Under the pieces are notes generated by a model. That model had not been told where the DNA came from. It searched no databases and saw only the letters and a list, made by a program, of their open reading frames with translations. Made by a program: the position numbers and the translations under genes. DNA of 16,852 nucleotides from Bacteroidia bacterium (GTDB taxonomy: Bacteria; Bacteroidota; Bacteroidia; Bacteroidales; VadinHA17): contig JAPLDX010000016.1 of NCBI GenBank assembly GCA_026391215.1, forward strand, positions 1 to 16,852, written 5' to 3'. Positions 1 to 8,284 of the stretch are shown here, in pieces (within the stretch, counting starts at the first letter, position 1; each line of letters opens with the position of its first letter).

Positions 1-282
1 CGCGGTTCATGACTCATAATGAGAGTTTGCTGATTAGCAATGATGGAACCGCTCCGCGGTTCATGACTCATAATGAGAGTTTGCTGATTAGCAATGATGG
101 AACCGCTCCGCGGTTCATGACTCATAATGAGAGTTTACTGATTAGCAATGATGGAACCGCTCCGCGGTTCATAACTCATAATGAGAGTTTGCTGATTAGC
201 AATGATGGAACCGCTCCGCGGTTCATGACTCATAATGAGAGTTTGCTGATTAGCAATGATGGAACCGCTCCGCGGTTCATGA
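1..282. repeat. Tandem array of a 54-bp unit (5 full copies plus a 12-bp partial; probably continues left of the window), hairpin-rich and REP-like
   Basis: Unit CGCGGTTCATGACTCATAATGAGAGTTTGCTGATTAGCAATGATGGAACCGCTC starts at 1, 55, 109, 163 and 217, with a partial at 271. Only two substitutions are seen (G>A at 137 and 173). Hairpin GAACCGC-TCC-GCGGTTC spans each unit junction. Confidence 0.95.
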
Positions 283-300
283 AGGCCAAAAAGAAATTTA

Positions 301-368
301 AATTCCGGAGGAATTCCATAATTGCTAACACAATATACTCTAATCTATTATAAACCCCGGAGGGGTTT
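301..368. repeat. Diverged inverted copy of the 54-bp unit, bounded by two GGA-loop hairpins
   Basis: Hairpins AATTCC-GGA-GGAATT (301-315) and AAACCCC-GGA-GGGGTTT (352-368). GAGGAATTCCATAATTGCTAA matches the reverse-complemented unit GAGCGGTTCCATCATTGCTAA, and ATAAACCCCGGAG matches ATGAACCGCGGAG. Confidence 0.75.
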
Positions 369-389
369 CATTTGTATTTAAAAATTCTG

Positions 390-397
390 TAGGTTTG
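390..397 (+). promoter_or_regulatory. Bacteroidota -7 promoter element for pgk
   Basis: TAGGTTTG fits TAnnTTTG, 37 nt upstream of the pgk ATG. No canonically spaced -33 TTTG. Confidence 0.6.
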
Positions 398-434
398 TAC
401 ACTTAATTAGTAACCAAATTAAACCATGTGATAT

Positions 435-1700
435 ATGAAAATGATTCAGGACTTCAATTTCAAAGGTATAAAAGCCATTGTAAGGGTTGATTTCAATGTG
501 CCTCTTGACAAAAAGACATTTGTTGTAACGGATGACACCCGCATCAGGGGCGCTTTGCCGACAATAAATAAAATAATAAATGACGGAGGATGTGTAATCC
601 TGATGTCACATCTGGGTAGACCGGAGGGCAGGATGGAAAAATATTCACTTAAGCCGGTGCTTCCTGTACTTGAAAAACATCTTGGCAGGAAAGTCCTTTT
701 TGCCGACGATTGCCTTGGAGAATCAGCTGTTAAAATGTCGGCAGGGCTGAAACCCGGAGAAATTTTATTGCTTGAAAATGTCAGGTTCTATCCTGAAGAA
801 GAAGGGAAACCCATTCTTCCGGAAACAGCGACTGATGAGGAAAAGAAGGCTGCGAAGGCAGAGATGAAGATAAAGCAGAAAGAGCTCGCAAAGAAACTCT
901 CCGGTTATGCTGAAATATATGTGAATGATGCTTTCGGAACAGCGCACAGGGCTCACGGGACCACTGCTGTTATTGCAGATTATTATCCTGAGGATAAAAG
1001 GATGTTTGGCTTTCTTATAAACAGCGAGCTTGCTGCAATGGATAAAGTGCTCAATAATGCCCAGCATCCGTTCACAGCAATCATGGGAGGCGCAAAGGTA
1101 TCTGATAAAATAATGCTTATTGAAAACCTGCTTAACAGGGTAGATAACCTCATAATAGGAGGAGGCATGACCTATACCTTTATTAAAGCAAAAGGCGGGA
1201 AAATCGGGAAATCATTATGCGAGGAGGATAAGCTTGACCTGGCATTGAAGATCATCGAAAAAGCCAAGGAAAAGAAAGTCAATCTGTATCTGCCGGTTGA
1301 CAGCCTTAATGCGGATAAATTTGAAAATGAAGCTAATACAAATATTACCACAGTCGATTCTGTACCGGATGGATGGCTGGGACTTGATATTGCTGATAAA
1401 ACAATTAAGGAATTTTCAGCTGTAATAGAGAATTCGAAGACCATTCTCTGGAACGGCCCTATGGGTGTATTCGAGATGGAGAAATTTTCAAAAGGAACAA
1501 CAGCCATTGCTGAAGCCATTGCTGGTGCAACAGCTAAAGGTGCCTTCAGTTTAATCGGAGGAGGCGACTCCGTTGCAGCGATCAATAAAAATAACCTGGC
1601 CGATAAAGTAAGCTATGTTTCTACGGGCGGAGGCGCAATGCTCGAATATATGGAAGGTAAAAAGCTTCCTGGAATCACGGCAATCAGGGGAGATAAATAA
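435..1700 (+). CDS. pgk: Phosphoglycerate kinase
   Basis: Motifs [55 protein letters not shown] and STGGGA; 421 aa. Confidence 0.99.
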   Translation: MKMIQDFNFKGIKAIVRVDFNVPLDKKTFVVTDDTRIRGALPTINKIINDGGCVILMSHLGRPEGRMEKYSLKPVLPVLEKHLGRKVLFADDCLGESAVKMSAGLKPGEILLLENVRFYPEEEGKPILPETATDEEKKAAKAEMKIKQKELAKKLSGYAEIYVNDAFGTAHRAHGTTAVIADYYPEDKRMFGFLINSELAAMDKVLNNAQHPFTAIMGGAKVSDKIMLIENLLNRVDNLIIGGGMTYTFIKAKGGKIGKSLCEEDKLDLALKIIEKAKEKKVNLYLPVDSLNADKFENEANTNITTVDSVPDGWLGLDIADKTIKEFSAVIENSKTILWNGPMGVFEMEKFSKGTTAIAEAIAGATAKGAFSLIGGGDSVAAINKNNLADKVSYVSTGGGAMLEYMEGKKLPGITAIRGDK

Positions 1701-1701
1701 C

Positions 1702-1733
1702 GGCGCAAAGGCACAAAGGCACAACGGTACAAC
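1702..1733 (+). repeat. 4 degenerate tandem octamers (GGYRCAAM)
   Basis: GGCGCAAA GGCACAAA GGCACAAC GGTACAAC directly after the pgk stop codon. Confidence 0.8.
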
Positions 1734-1747
1734 GACATATACAAACT

Positions 1748-1774
1748 AAGGCTGCTGAAAAATGCAGCCTTTTT
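1748..1774 (+). terminator. Intrinsic terminator of pgk
   Basis: AAGGCTGC-TGAAAAAT-GCAGCCTT followed by a T-run. Confidence 0.85.
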
Positions 1775-1802
1775 CTTAAAACAAACCTGTATTAAAATCC
1801 GT

Positions 1803-1810
1803 TATCTTTG
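1803..1810 (+). promoter_or_regulatory. Bacteroidota -7 promoter element for the lipoprotein/LuxE pair
   Basis: TATCTTTG ends 8 nt before the ATG at 1819. Confidence 0.65.
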
Positions 1811-1818
1811 TACATGCA

Positions 1819-2343
1819 ATGAGAAAAGCAGTTTATATATTATTACCACTCTTATTAATCTGTCACTCCTGTAAGAAGAACGATATTCCGACTTCAGGAA
1901 CAATTACTATAGACAATACCCTGACATTTGACCAGACTAAGCAGGCTTATTTTGGTTATGGATTCCTGTTCTCAAAGGCTGAATTGGTATCAACTCTTGA
2001 AAATCCCGGCCCTGACATCACTGTTGACAGTGACGGGACAAACGTATTCTTCCAGGCAGAAAACTATAAAAATTCATTTTATATGGTTGCTGAATTTGAT
2101 GATGCGGCGTCGGCAGAACAGGCATTCAGCAACCTGACAGCCCCGGTTGTGAATACATGGGCAGAGTGGGCCAATCCTGTGAATCAAAACCAGATATGGA
2201 TATACAGATCAGACTCTGAACACTATGCAAAACTGAGGATCATAAGCATTGTTTCAGAGGTGAGGGGTAGCCGGGATTTTGCTGAATGCACCTTTGAATG
2301 GGTTTACCAGCCGGATGGATCATTAACTTTCCCGGGTAAATGA
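1819..2343 (+). CDS. Hypothetical lipoprotein
   Basis: Signal peptide II MRKAVYILLPLLLICHS-C followed by KKND. The mature part looks beta-rich. Stop overlaps the next start (ATGA). Confidence 0.85.
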   Translation: MRKAVYILLPLLLICHSCKKNDIPTSGTITIDNTLTFDQTKQAYFGYGFLFSKAELVSTLENPGPDITVDSDGTNVFFQAENYKNSFYMVAEFDDAASAEQAFSNLTAPVVNTWAEWANPVNQNQIWIYRSDSEHYAKLRIISIVSEVRGSRDFAECTFEWVYQPDGSLTFPGK

Positions 2344-3329
2344 TACCTGAAATAATAAATAGTATATTCAATATAAAGAAACAGGATGATTTTCAGAAAA
2401 CAGCCCTGGAAATATTTAAATATCAGGCTGATAACAATCCTGTATATCGGAATTTCATTAATCTTCTGGGAATAGATCCCGCTACTGTAGCCTCCTGCAG
2501 AGAGATACCTTTTCTTCCAGCCGGATTCTTTAAGCTGCATAAAATCATTACCGGCAGCCAGCAGCCTGTAATTATTTTTGAAAGCAGCGGCACTTCAGAT
2601 TCACCGGTCAGCAAACATTATATTGTTGATCCATTAATATATGAGGAAAGCTTTTCAAGGACATTCAGGCTCTTTTATGGCGATCCGGCAGAATACTTCA
2701 TTGCCGCTCTTTTACCATCATACACTGAAAGGAAGAGCTCTTCACTTGTTTATATGGTGGGCGGGTTGATAAAAAAGAGCGCCTGGCCTGACAGCGGTTT
2801 TTATAAGGAGAAAATTAACGAGTTGCTTATAAATATTAAAACAGCTAAAAGCAAGAACAGGAAAGTCCTTTTAATAGGAGTAAGCTTTGCGCTTCTTGAT
2901 CTTGCTGAACAATATGCCCCGGATCTGTCGGGAGTTATTGTCATGGAAACAGGAGGGATGAAAGGCAGAAGGAATGAGATAACAAGGGGAGAACTGCATT
3001 CAATATTAAAAAAGAGCTATAATTTACAGAATGTCCATTCTGAATATGGTATGACTGAGTTGTTAAGTCAGGCATATTCAAAAGCGGACGGTATCTATTT
3101 CCCTCCACCATGGATGAAGATACTTATAAGGGATCCGCAGGATCCGTTATCTGTAATCACTGAACCCGGAAAGACCGGAGGTATAAATATAATTGATCTG
3201 GCAAATATTTACTCCTGCTCCTTTATTGCGACAGACGATCTTGGAAAACTTCACGAAGGCGGAAGCTTTGAAGTGCTTGGCCGAATAGACAACAGTGATA
3301 TCCGCGGATGTAACCAGATGATTGAATAA
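2340..3329 (+). CDS. LuxE/PaaK-family acyl-protein synthetase-like acyltransferase
   Basis: Adenylate-forming motifs FESSGTS, METGGMKGRR, SEYGMTELLSQAY, IATDDLG and FEVLGR...RGC; 329 aa. Confidence 0.88.
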   Translation: MIPEIINSIFNIKKQDDFQKTALEIFKYQADNNPVYRNFINLLGIDPATVASCREIPFLPAGFFKLHKIITGSQQPVIIFESSGTSDSPVSKHYIVDPLIYEESFSRTFRLFYGDPAEYFIAALLPSYTERKSSSLVYMVGGLIKKSAWPDSGFYKEKINELLINIKTAKSKNRKVLLIGVSFALLDLAEQYAPDLSGVIVMETGGMKGRRNEITRGELHSILKKSYNLQNVHSEYGMTELLSQAYSKADGIYFPPPWMKILIRDPQDPLSVITEPGKTGGINIIDLANIYSCSFIATDDLGKLHEGGSFEVLGRIDNSDIRGCNQMIE

Positions 3330-3393
3330 GTCGTGCAAGTCGTGCAAGTCATGCAGGTCATGCAGGTCATGCAGGTCGTGCAGGTCGTGCAAG
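3328..3393. repeat. 7 tandem 9-mers (ARGTCRTGC) filling the gap between convergent genes
   Basis: AAGTCGTGC x2, AAGTCATGC, AGGTCATGC x2, AGGTCGTGC x2, then AAG. Confidence 0.95.
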
Positions 3394-3399
3394 ACAATT

Positions 3400-4608
3400 C
3401 TAGATTCCGAGTTTTAATTTGATTTCCGGTGGAATACCATTCTTATGGACCATGATAAACAGAGTCTTTGCCCTGACATAGCTTTCTGACATATTCAGAT
3501 ATCCTCCAAAAGCATTCCTGTCAGTTCCCCAGGAGTTTTTAGTCTTGTAGTATTTTGTTCCGTTCTGGTCTTTAGCGACTCCGGTAAGGTGCATAAGATG
3601 ATCATCGGTGGTTGTGAAGCTCTCATAGCCCGCCTGCCGCAGCTCCTGTGTCACATTTATCTCGGGACCAGGATTTACCGGCAGGACAGGAGTCGCCGGA
3701 CCCTGACCAGGTGCTCTTTCCAGCCTGGCCCTGTCACTCATCTGACCTCTTTCATTTGACGGGAGCTGAGGCAGAATGGCATATCCGTTTGTGTGTGAGA
3801 ATCCTCTTTCACTTACATCTCCATCCCAGTTAACAGTATAACCGTTATTGAATGAATAATCCATGATCTCAATCAGCTCATCCAACGGGACATTGTAGAA
3901 TTGAGCCATTGACCAGTTATCGGGCACTTCAAGAATACCCTGGGTGTAAAACGGGAAATGGGTGAATGATGTTATTTGAATGTAATCATCGGGATTGATA
4001 TTCAGGCTTGCAGCAAACGATTTCGGGGTATAGGTAACATCCTTATATGTAAATGATTCAGGATATTCTCCAAGATACGAATCCAGCACAGCATTGACGA
4101 TTTGATGATATTGAGTGCTTTCATTTTTACGTTCCACAGGAACAGATGCTACAGCATTTATAAATTCCTGCAGCTCGCTGTGATTATGAAGAGTCGATCC
4201 GTAATTCAATCCGGGATAGATCTCATCAGGGACAATTCCGTATTCCGTGAACACTCTCATCCAGTCGTGTGAAAGGCTTCCGGGGCCAAGGTTTCCTTTT
4301 CCCCTTCGCAGGTAATTATCTTTTAACCTGTCTATATAATTCTGTCTTACTATGTACATTTCTGACAGGTCATACTCTTCCCTGCCCATCCTGAGCAATT
4401 CGGACTCAATGAATGACGTTGTGGCAAAGCACCAGCAGGTTCCTGTCGCAGACTGGTTCTTTACGGGAGTGGCTTTCAAATCCACGACATATGTGAATTT
4501 ATAACCTTCCTCGGTTTTTGGCTGTGGAGCTGCTGCATCTTTCTTTTGAGCACTTACTGGCACCAGTGAAGAAGCAATCAATGCAACAAATAACAAACGG
4601 ATTTTCAT
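3400..4608 (-). CDS. Exported papain-family (C1, bleomycin hydrolase/aminopeptidase C-like) cysteine peptidase
   Basis: Signal peptide; catalytic motifs QSATGTCWCF (Gln/Cys), DDHLMH (His) and KNSWG (Asn). Confidence 0.93.
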   Translation of the reverse strand: MKIRLLFVALIASSLVPVSAQKKDAAAPQPKTEEGYKFTYVVDLKATPVKNQSATGTCWCFATTSFIESELLRMGREEYDLSEMYIVRQNYIDRLKDNYLRRGKGNLGPGSLSHDWMRVFTEYGIVPDEIYPGLNYGSTLHNHSELQEFINAVASVPVERKNESTQYHQIVNAVLDSYLGEYPESFTYKDVTYTPKSFAASLNINPDDYIQITSFTHFPFYTQGILEVPDNWSMAQFYNVPLDELIEIMDYSFNNGYTVNWDGDVSERGFSHTNGYAILPQLPSNERGQMSDRARLERAPGQGPATPVLPVNPGPEINVTQELRQAGYESFTTTDDHLMHLTGVAKDQNGTKYYKTKNSWGTDRNAFGGYLNMSESYVRAKTLFIMVHKNGIPPEIKLKLGI

Positions 4609-4627
4609 ATAAATGGTATTAGGTTAT

Positions 4628-4993
4628 CTATTTCAAAGTAGGGTAAAATGCATTCTCTATGTGATCAATATCGGGTTTATCATCCTTCATTATTATTATG
4701 ATTACATCAAAACGACTCTCTTTATCAATTTTGTTCCGATTGACATAATTCTCTGCTGCAAATATAATTGATCTCTGTTTTTCCCTGTTTATGGCTTTCC
4801 TTGGATCATCCTTAAAATCAGCAGAACGTGTTTTGACTTCAACAAAAACAATATAATCCTTGTTTTCCGCAATTATATCAATCTCAAGCTTTCCTGATTT
4901 CCAGTTCCGTTTCAGGATCCTGAAACCTGAGTCTTTAAGGTGATTTACAGCAATATCTTCACCGGTGGGGCCAAGATTCTGGAGATCTGTCAT
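4628..4993 (-). CDS. yraN: YraN/UPF0102 family PD-(D/E)XK nuclease-like protein
   Basis: GEDIA...RNW...EIDIIA...FVEVKTR...RFDVI...HIENAF pattern; 121 aa. Confidence 0.95.
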   Translation of the reverse strand: MTDLQNLGPTGEDIAVNHLKDSGFRILKRNWKSGKLEIDIIAENKDYIVFVEVKTRSADFKDDPRKAINREKQRSIIFAAENYVNRNKIDKESRFDVIIIIMKDDKPDIDHIENAFYPTLK

Positions 4994-4994
4994 T

Positions 4995-5636
4995 TTATAT
5001 TTCTATAAGTTTATTCCTTATTGCAAACAGAATAAGGCTCGCAGTATTCTTCGAATTTGTCTTTCCCAGGAGGTTAGCCCTGTGCTTATCCACGGTTCTT
5101 TTACTTATGAATAATGTATCTGCAATTTCCTGGTTTGAAAGGCCTTCGCATATTTTGTAAAGCACTTCCTTCTCTCTTTTTGACAGATTGGCTGATTTGC
5201 TTTCCTGCTCACGGTGTTTGATCTTCTGTATGACATGGTAAAGCAGCTCCTGTGAAAAATAGCTTCCTCCTTTTATTACTGTAAGTATGGCTTCTTTAAC
5301 TTCAGATATATCGGAGTCTTTGAGTAAAAATCCTTTTGCTCCCGCATCGACCATCTTATAATAATATTCTTCCTCTCCATACATTGACAATGCTATTACG
5401 CTGATTGCGGGACATATTTTGAGACCTTTCCTGGTCGCTTCTATTCCATCCATTTCCGGCATATTTATATCCATCAGTGCAATATCGGCCGGGCAGGTTT
5501 TAATTAATGTAAGGAACTCTTCTCCGTTGGATGCTTCTCCGGTTACTTCAAATTCCGGGAAGGAATTAAGGAGTATCTTTAGTCCGTTCCTGAAAAGCTG
5601 ATGATCATCAGCAATTATAATCCGTGTTTTTTCCAT
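4995..5636 (-). CDS. NarL/LuxR-family response regulator
   Basis: Receiver domain ADDH...MDINMPEMDG...GFLLK; LuxR HTH LSKREKEVL...GLSNQEIA...ISKRTVDKHRANL. Confidence 0.96.
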   Translation of the reverse strand: MEKTRIIIADDHQLFRNGLKILLNSFPEFEVTGEASNGEEFLTLIKTCPADIALMDINMPEMDGIEATRKGLKICPAISVIALSMYGEEEYYYKMVDAGAKGFLLKDSDISEVKEAILTVIKGGSYFSQELLYHVIQKIKHREQESKSANLSKREKEVLYKICEGLSNQEIADTLFISKRTVDKHRANLLGKTNSKNTASLILFAIRNKLIEI

Positions 5637-5653
5637 TTATGGACTCTCCAGTA

Positions 5654-6610
5654 TTATGAGTCTTCGTCAATTACTTTGATCAATGCTGTCGTTCCTTTTC
5701 CGTCGGAGCTTTCAAGTATAAAAACACCTTCAACCGATTTAACGCGTGTCTCAATATTTGACAGTCCCATGCCTTTATTATCTTCCTTATTCAGGTTTGA
5801 AGTATCGAAACCACGACCATTATCATAGTATTGCAAGGTAACAAATTTTTCATGTTTATTGAGCTCAATATCTATCCTGGAAGCTCCGGAATGACGGATG
5901 GAATTATTAATGAGCTCGCATACAGCTCGATAAATAACGACCTCCTTATCATTTTCCATGCGCTGGTTTTCCATATTTGATTTAAAATCAATCTCAACTA
6001 CCTTGTTCTGGCTGATCTTTGTGGTGAAGGCGCTTATGGCGCTGGTAAGGCCGAAATTTGACAGGACATGAGGGCTCAGGTTGTTGGACACATCTTTTAT
6101 AGTACTTAATGCTTCATTCACGAGATAGTTGGTATTGTTAAGGATTTCAATGCCAACGGGATCTTTTATCTTGTCATTCAGCGATGATATTGACATTTTT
6201 ACAGTCGAAAGAAGCGGGCCAAGACCATCATGTAGATCATTGGCAAATCTTCTCCTTTCATTTTCTTCAGTATTTATTATTGCATTCAGTACCCTTCTTT
6301 CTGTCCTGGCACGGTCAATCTCTGCCTTTTTAAGAGAGTAGAAGATCTCACGTATAAGGATCACGCCAGCGATGATCATGATTGATACTAGAACCCCTGT
6401 CCATTCGTCAATCATCTGCCATGTATAAGACGGCGTTCCTCGGAAAATCTCAAACAGCTGAATTATTTTCCGGACTGCCATTAAAGCGAACGACAGGGAA
6501 ATAAGGATCCATGAGAGCCTGTATTTTGTCAATTTTATGAAACTAAGGGCAATTGAGGCTGCAATGATCTGCAGGACAATGGAGATGATGAGAGCAACAA
6601 GTCGTACCAT
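5654..6610 (-). CDS. HisKA_3 (NarX/DesK-like) membrane sensor histidine kinase
   Basis: About 3 N-terminal hydrophobic helices; H-box EENERRRFANDLHDGLG, N-box ELINNSIRHS, G1 DNGRGF, G2 GMGL. Confidence 0.95.
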   Translation of the reverse strand: MVRLVALIISIVLQIIAASIALSFIKLTKYRLSWILISLSFALMAVRKIIQLFEIFRGTPSYTWQMIDEWTGVLVSIMIIAGVILIREIFYSLKKAEIDRARTERRVLNAIINTEENERRRFANDLHDGLGPLLSTVKMSISSLNDKIKDPVGIEILNNTNYLVNEALSTIKDVSNNLSPHVLSNFGLTSAISAFTTKISQNKVVEIDFKSNMENQRMENDKEVVIYRAVCELINNSIRHSGASRIDIELNKHEKFVTLQYYDNGRGFDTSNLNKEDNKGMGLSNIETRVKSVEGVFILESSDGKGTTALIKVIDEDS

Positions 6611-6630
6611 GATAAATGGATTAGGTCATA

Positions 6631-6662
6631 CAAAAATAGGAGTAATTTTTAAAAAGGTGCAA
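6631..6662 (-). promoter_or_regulatory. Promoter of the HK-RR cluster
   Basis: Minus-strand TATTTTTG (6631-6638), with TTG (6660-6662) 21 nt upstream. Confidence 0.6.
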
Positions 6663-6687
6663 CGGTGCAACGGTGCAACGGCTCAAC
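6656..6687 (+). repeat. 4 tandem octamers of the same family as 1702-1733
   Basis: GGTGCAAC x3 plus GGCTCAAC. Two more units lie inverted at 6830-6845 (GGCGCAAG GGCACAAA on the minus strand). Confidence 0.85.
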
Positions 6688-6698
6688 GGGAAAGGAAG

Positions 6699-6829
6699 GA
6701 CCCCCGTCACGCCGTAGCGTGACTGCCCCCTGGCAGGGGGCTTAAACTTTATTTACTATCAAATTTTCATATGGGAAGGGTTTAGCCCCCCTACTAGGGG
6801 GGTGTTCCGCTTTAGCGGAACGGGGGGTC
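6699..6829. repeat. GC-rich bipartite palindromic element (REP/REPIN- or MITE-like)
   Basis: Terminal inverted repeat GACCCCCG...CGGGGGGTC; four hairpins at 6706-6723, 6725-6741, 6786-6802 and 6804-6821; AT-rich core. Confidence 0.75.
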
Positions 6830-6860
6830 TTTGTGCCCTTGCGCCTTTTTATTATATTTG
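6830..6860 (+). promoter_or_regulatory. Canonical Bacteroidota promoter of waaA
   Basis: TTTG (6830-6833), 19 nt, then TATATTTG (6853-6860), ending 15 nt before the ATG. Confidence 0.75.
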
Positions 6861-6875
6861 ACCACTTAAGATAGA

Positions 6876-8099
6876 ATGAGATTACTTTATAATATTGGCA
6901 TAGAGCTGCTTACAGGATTAGCCTGGCTGATTTCGCCTTTTAATCAAAAGGTCCGGTTGTGGACTAATGGCCGCAAAAACTGGTTTGAAATATTGAAAAA
7001 GAAAATCAGTTCGGGGGAGAGATATGTATGGATACATTGTGCTTCGCTTGGAGAGTTTGAGCAGGGGAGACCGGTTATTGAAGCCTTGAAAAAGGAAAAA
7101 CCCCATATTAAAATAGTACTTACTTTTTTTTCTCCATCAGGATATGAGATAAGGAAGAATTACCAGATGGCTGATATAATATGCTATTTGCCACCCGATA
7201 CTCGGGGCAATGCAGAAAAGTTCATAGAGATGATAGATCCTGCCGTTGTGATATTCGTTAAATATGAATTCTGGCATAACTACCTTACCATCCTCGGCAA
7301 AAAGAAAATTCCATTGTATCTCATCTCGGGTATATTTAACAAGGACCAGAATTTCTTTAAATGGTACGGATCTTTCTTCAGGAGGATACTGAAGAACTTC
7401 AGCTGGTTTTTTGTTCAGGATCAGCAATCTCTTGAACTGCTGCGTACTATTGGTCTTGAAAATGTCACTGTTGCCGGAGATACCAGATTTGACAGGGTTA
7501 TGCAGGTTGCTGGCAGTGCCATGGATATTCCACAGCTGGAACGCTTCAGGGGGAATGAAAAGCTTTTCCTTGCAGGCAGCAGCTGGGAAAAGGATGAGGA
7601 AATAATTACGACATATATCAACAGGTTCCCTGACAGGATGAAATGGGTTTTCGCCCCGCATGAGATCGACAGTGGAAATATCGAAAGACTGGTTAAGCTT
7701 TTAGAAGTAAAATATGTAAAGTTTTCCGGATTTACTGATGGAGATGCTGATGCAAGGGTGTTGATAATTGATAACATTGGCATGCTCTCTTCAGCTTACC
7801 GCTATGCACACATTGCTGAAATAGGTGGAGGATTCGGTAAAGGGATACATAACATTCTTGAACCTGCATGCTGGGGGATCCCTGTTATATTCGGGCCTAT
7901 AAATAAGAAGTTCCGAGAAGCCCTTGAAATGATAAAGGCAGGCGGAGCTCAGACATTCAGAGATTATCGCGGATTTGAAAGTATTATAGACCAATGGCTG
8001 AATGATGAGGGCTTATATAAAAAAACTGCTGATGCTGCCGGAATATTTGTAAGGGAAAACACCGGTGCCACCGATAGAATCATGAAGGGAATCGTGTGA
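6876..8099 (+). CDS. waaA: 3-deoxy-D-manno-octulosonic acid (Kdo) transferase
   Basis: WIHCASLGEFEQ, TFFSPSG, KYEFW, GDTRFDRV, AGSSW, APHE, IGGGF and HNILEPA motifs. Confidence 0.96.
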   Translation: MRLLYNIGIELLTGLAWLISPFNQKVRLWTNGRKNWFEILKKKISSGERYVWIHCASLGEFEQGRPVIEALKKEKPHIKIVLTFFSPSGYEIRKNYQMADIICYLPPDTRGNAEKFIEMIDPAVVIFVKYEFWHNYLTILGKKKIPLYLISGIFNKDQNFFKWYGSFFRRILKNFSWFFVQDQQSLELLRTIGLENVTVAGDTRFDRVMQVAGSAMDIPQLERFRGNEKLFLAGSSWEKDEEIITTYINRFPDRMKWVFAPHEIDSGNIERLVKLLEVKYVKFSGFTDGDADARVLIIDNIGMLSSAYRYAHIAEIGGGFGKGIHNILEPACWGIPVIFGPINKKFREALEMIKAGGAQTFRDYRGFESIIDQWLNDEGLYKKTADAAGIFVRENTGATDRIMKGIV

Positions 8100-8107
8100 A
8101 AAGATAC

Positions 8108-8133
8108 TAACAAATTATGCTCATAATTTGTTA
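8108..8133. promoter_or_regulatory. Perfect 12-bp inverted repeat, candidate operator upstream of the TBDR gene
   Basis: TAACAAATTATG-CT-CATAATTTGTTA. It is AT-rich with a 2-nt spacer, unlike a terminator. Confidence 0.5.
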
Positions 8134-8196
8134 AAAACTAATCTTTTTGAAATCCTTAAACATCCTTTAAAGAGATGTAAATTGTTGCTCCGGATT

Positions 8197-8204
8197 TATT
8201 TTTG
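8197..8204 (+). promoter_or_regulatory. Possible -7 element for the TBDR operon
   Basis: TATTTTTG fits TAnnTTTG, 80 nt upstream of the start. No clear -33 element. Confidence 0.35.
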
Positions 8205-8284
8205 AATCATTTCCGGAATTATCAAATAATCAAGTTATTACGATAAGAAACTAAAAACAATTATTAATCCTTAATCCTAATTCT

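Noticed and set aside
1-282. CRISPR array
   Set aside because: The sequence between hairpins is identical in each unit, so there are no unique spacers, and no cas genes are in the window.
9-353. 114-aa ORF of MTHNESLLISNDGTAPRF repeats
   Set aside because: It arises because the 54-bp unit is a multiple of 3. Conservation appears to be of DNA hairpins, and the true left end is outside the window.
800-900. Lys/Glu-rich insertion in Pgk as a novelty
   Set aside because: I recall a similar insertion after the RFxxEEEG motif in Bacteroidales Pgk, so it is treated as a lineage trait.
3147-3392. Minus-strand ORF with HDL repeats
   Set aside because: It is a translation of the 9-bp microsatellite running antisense into the LuxE-family gene.
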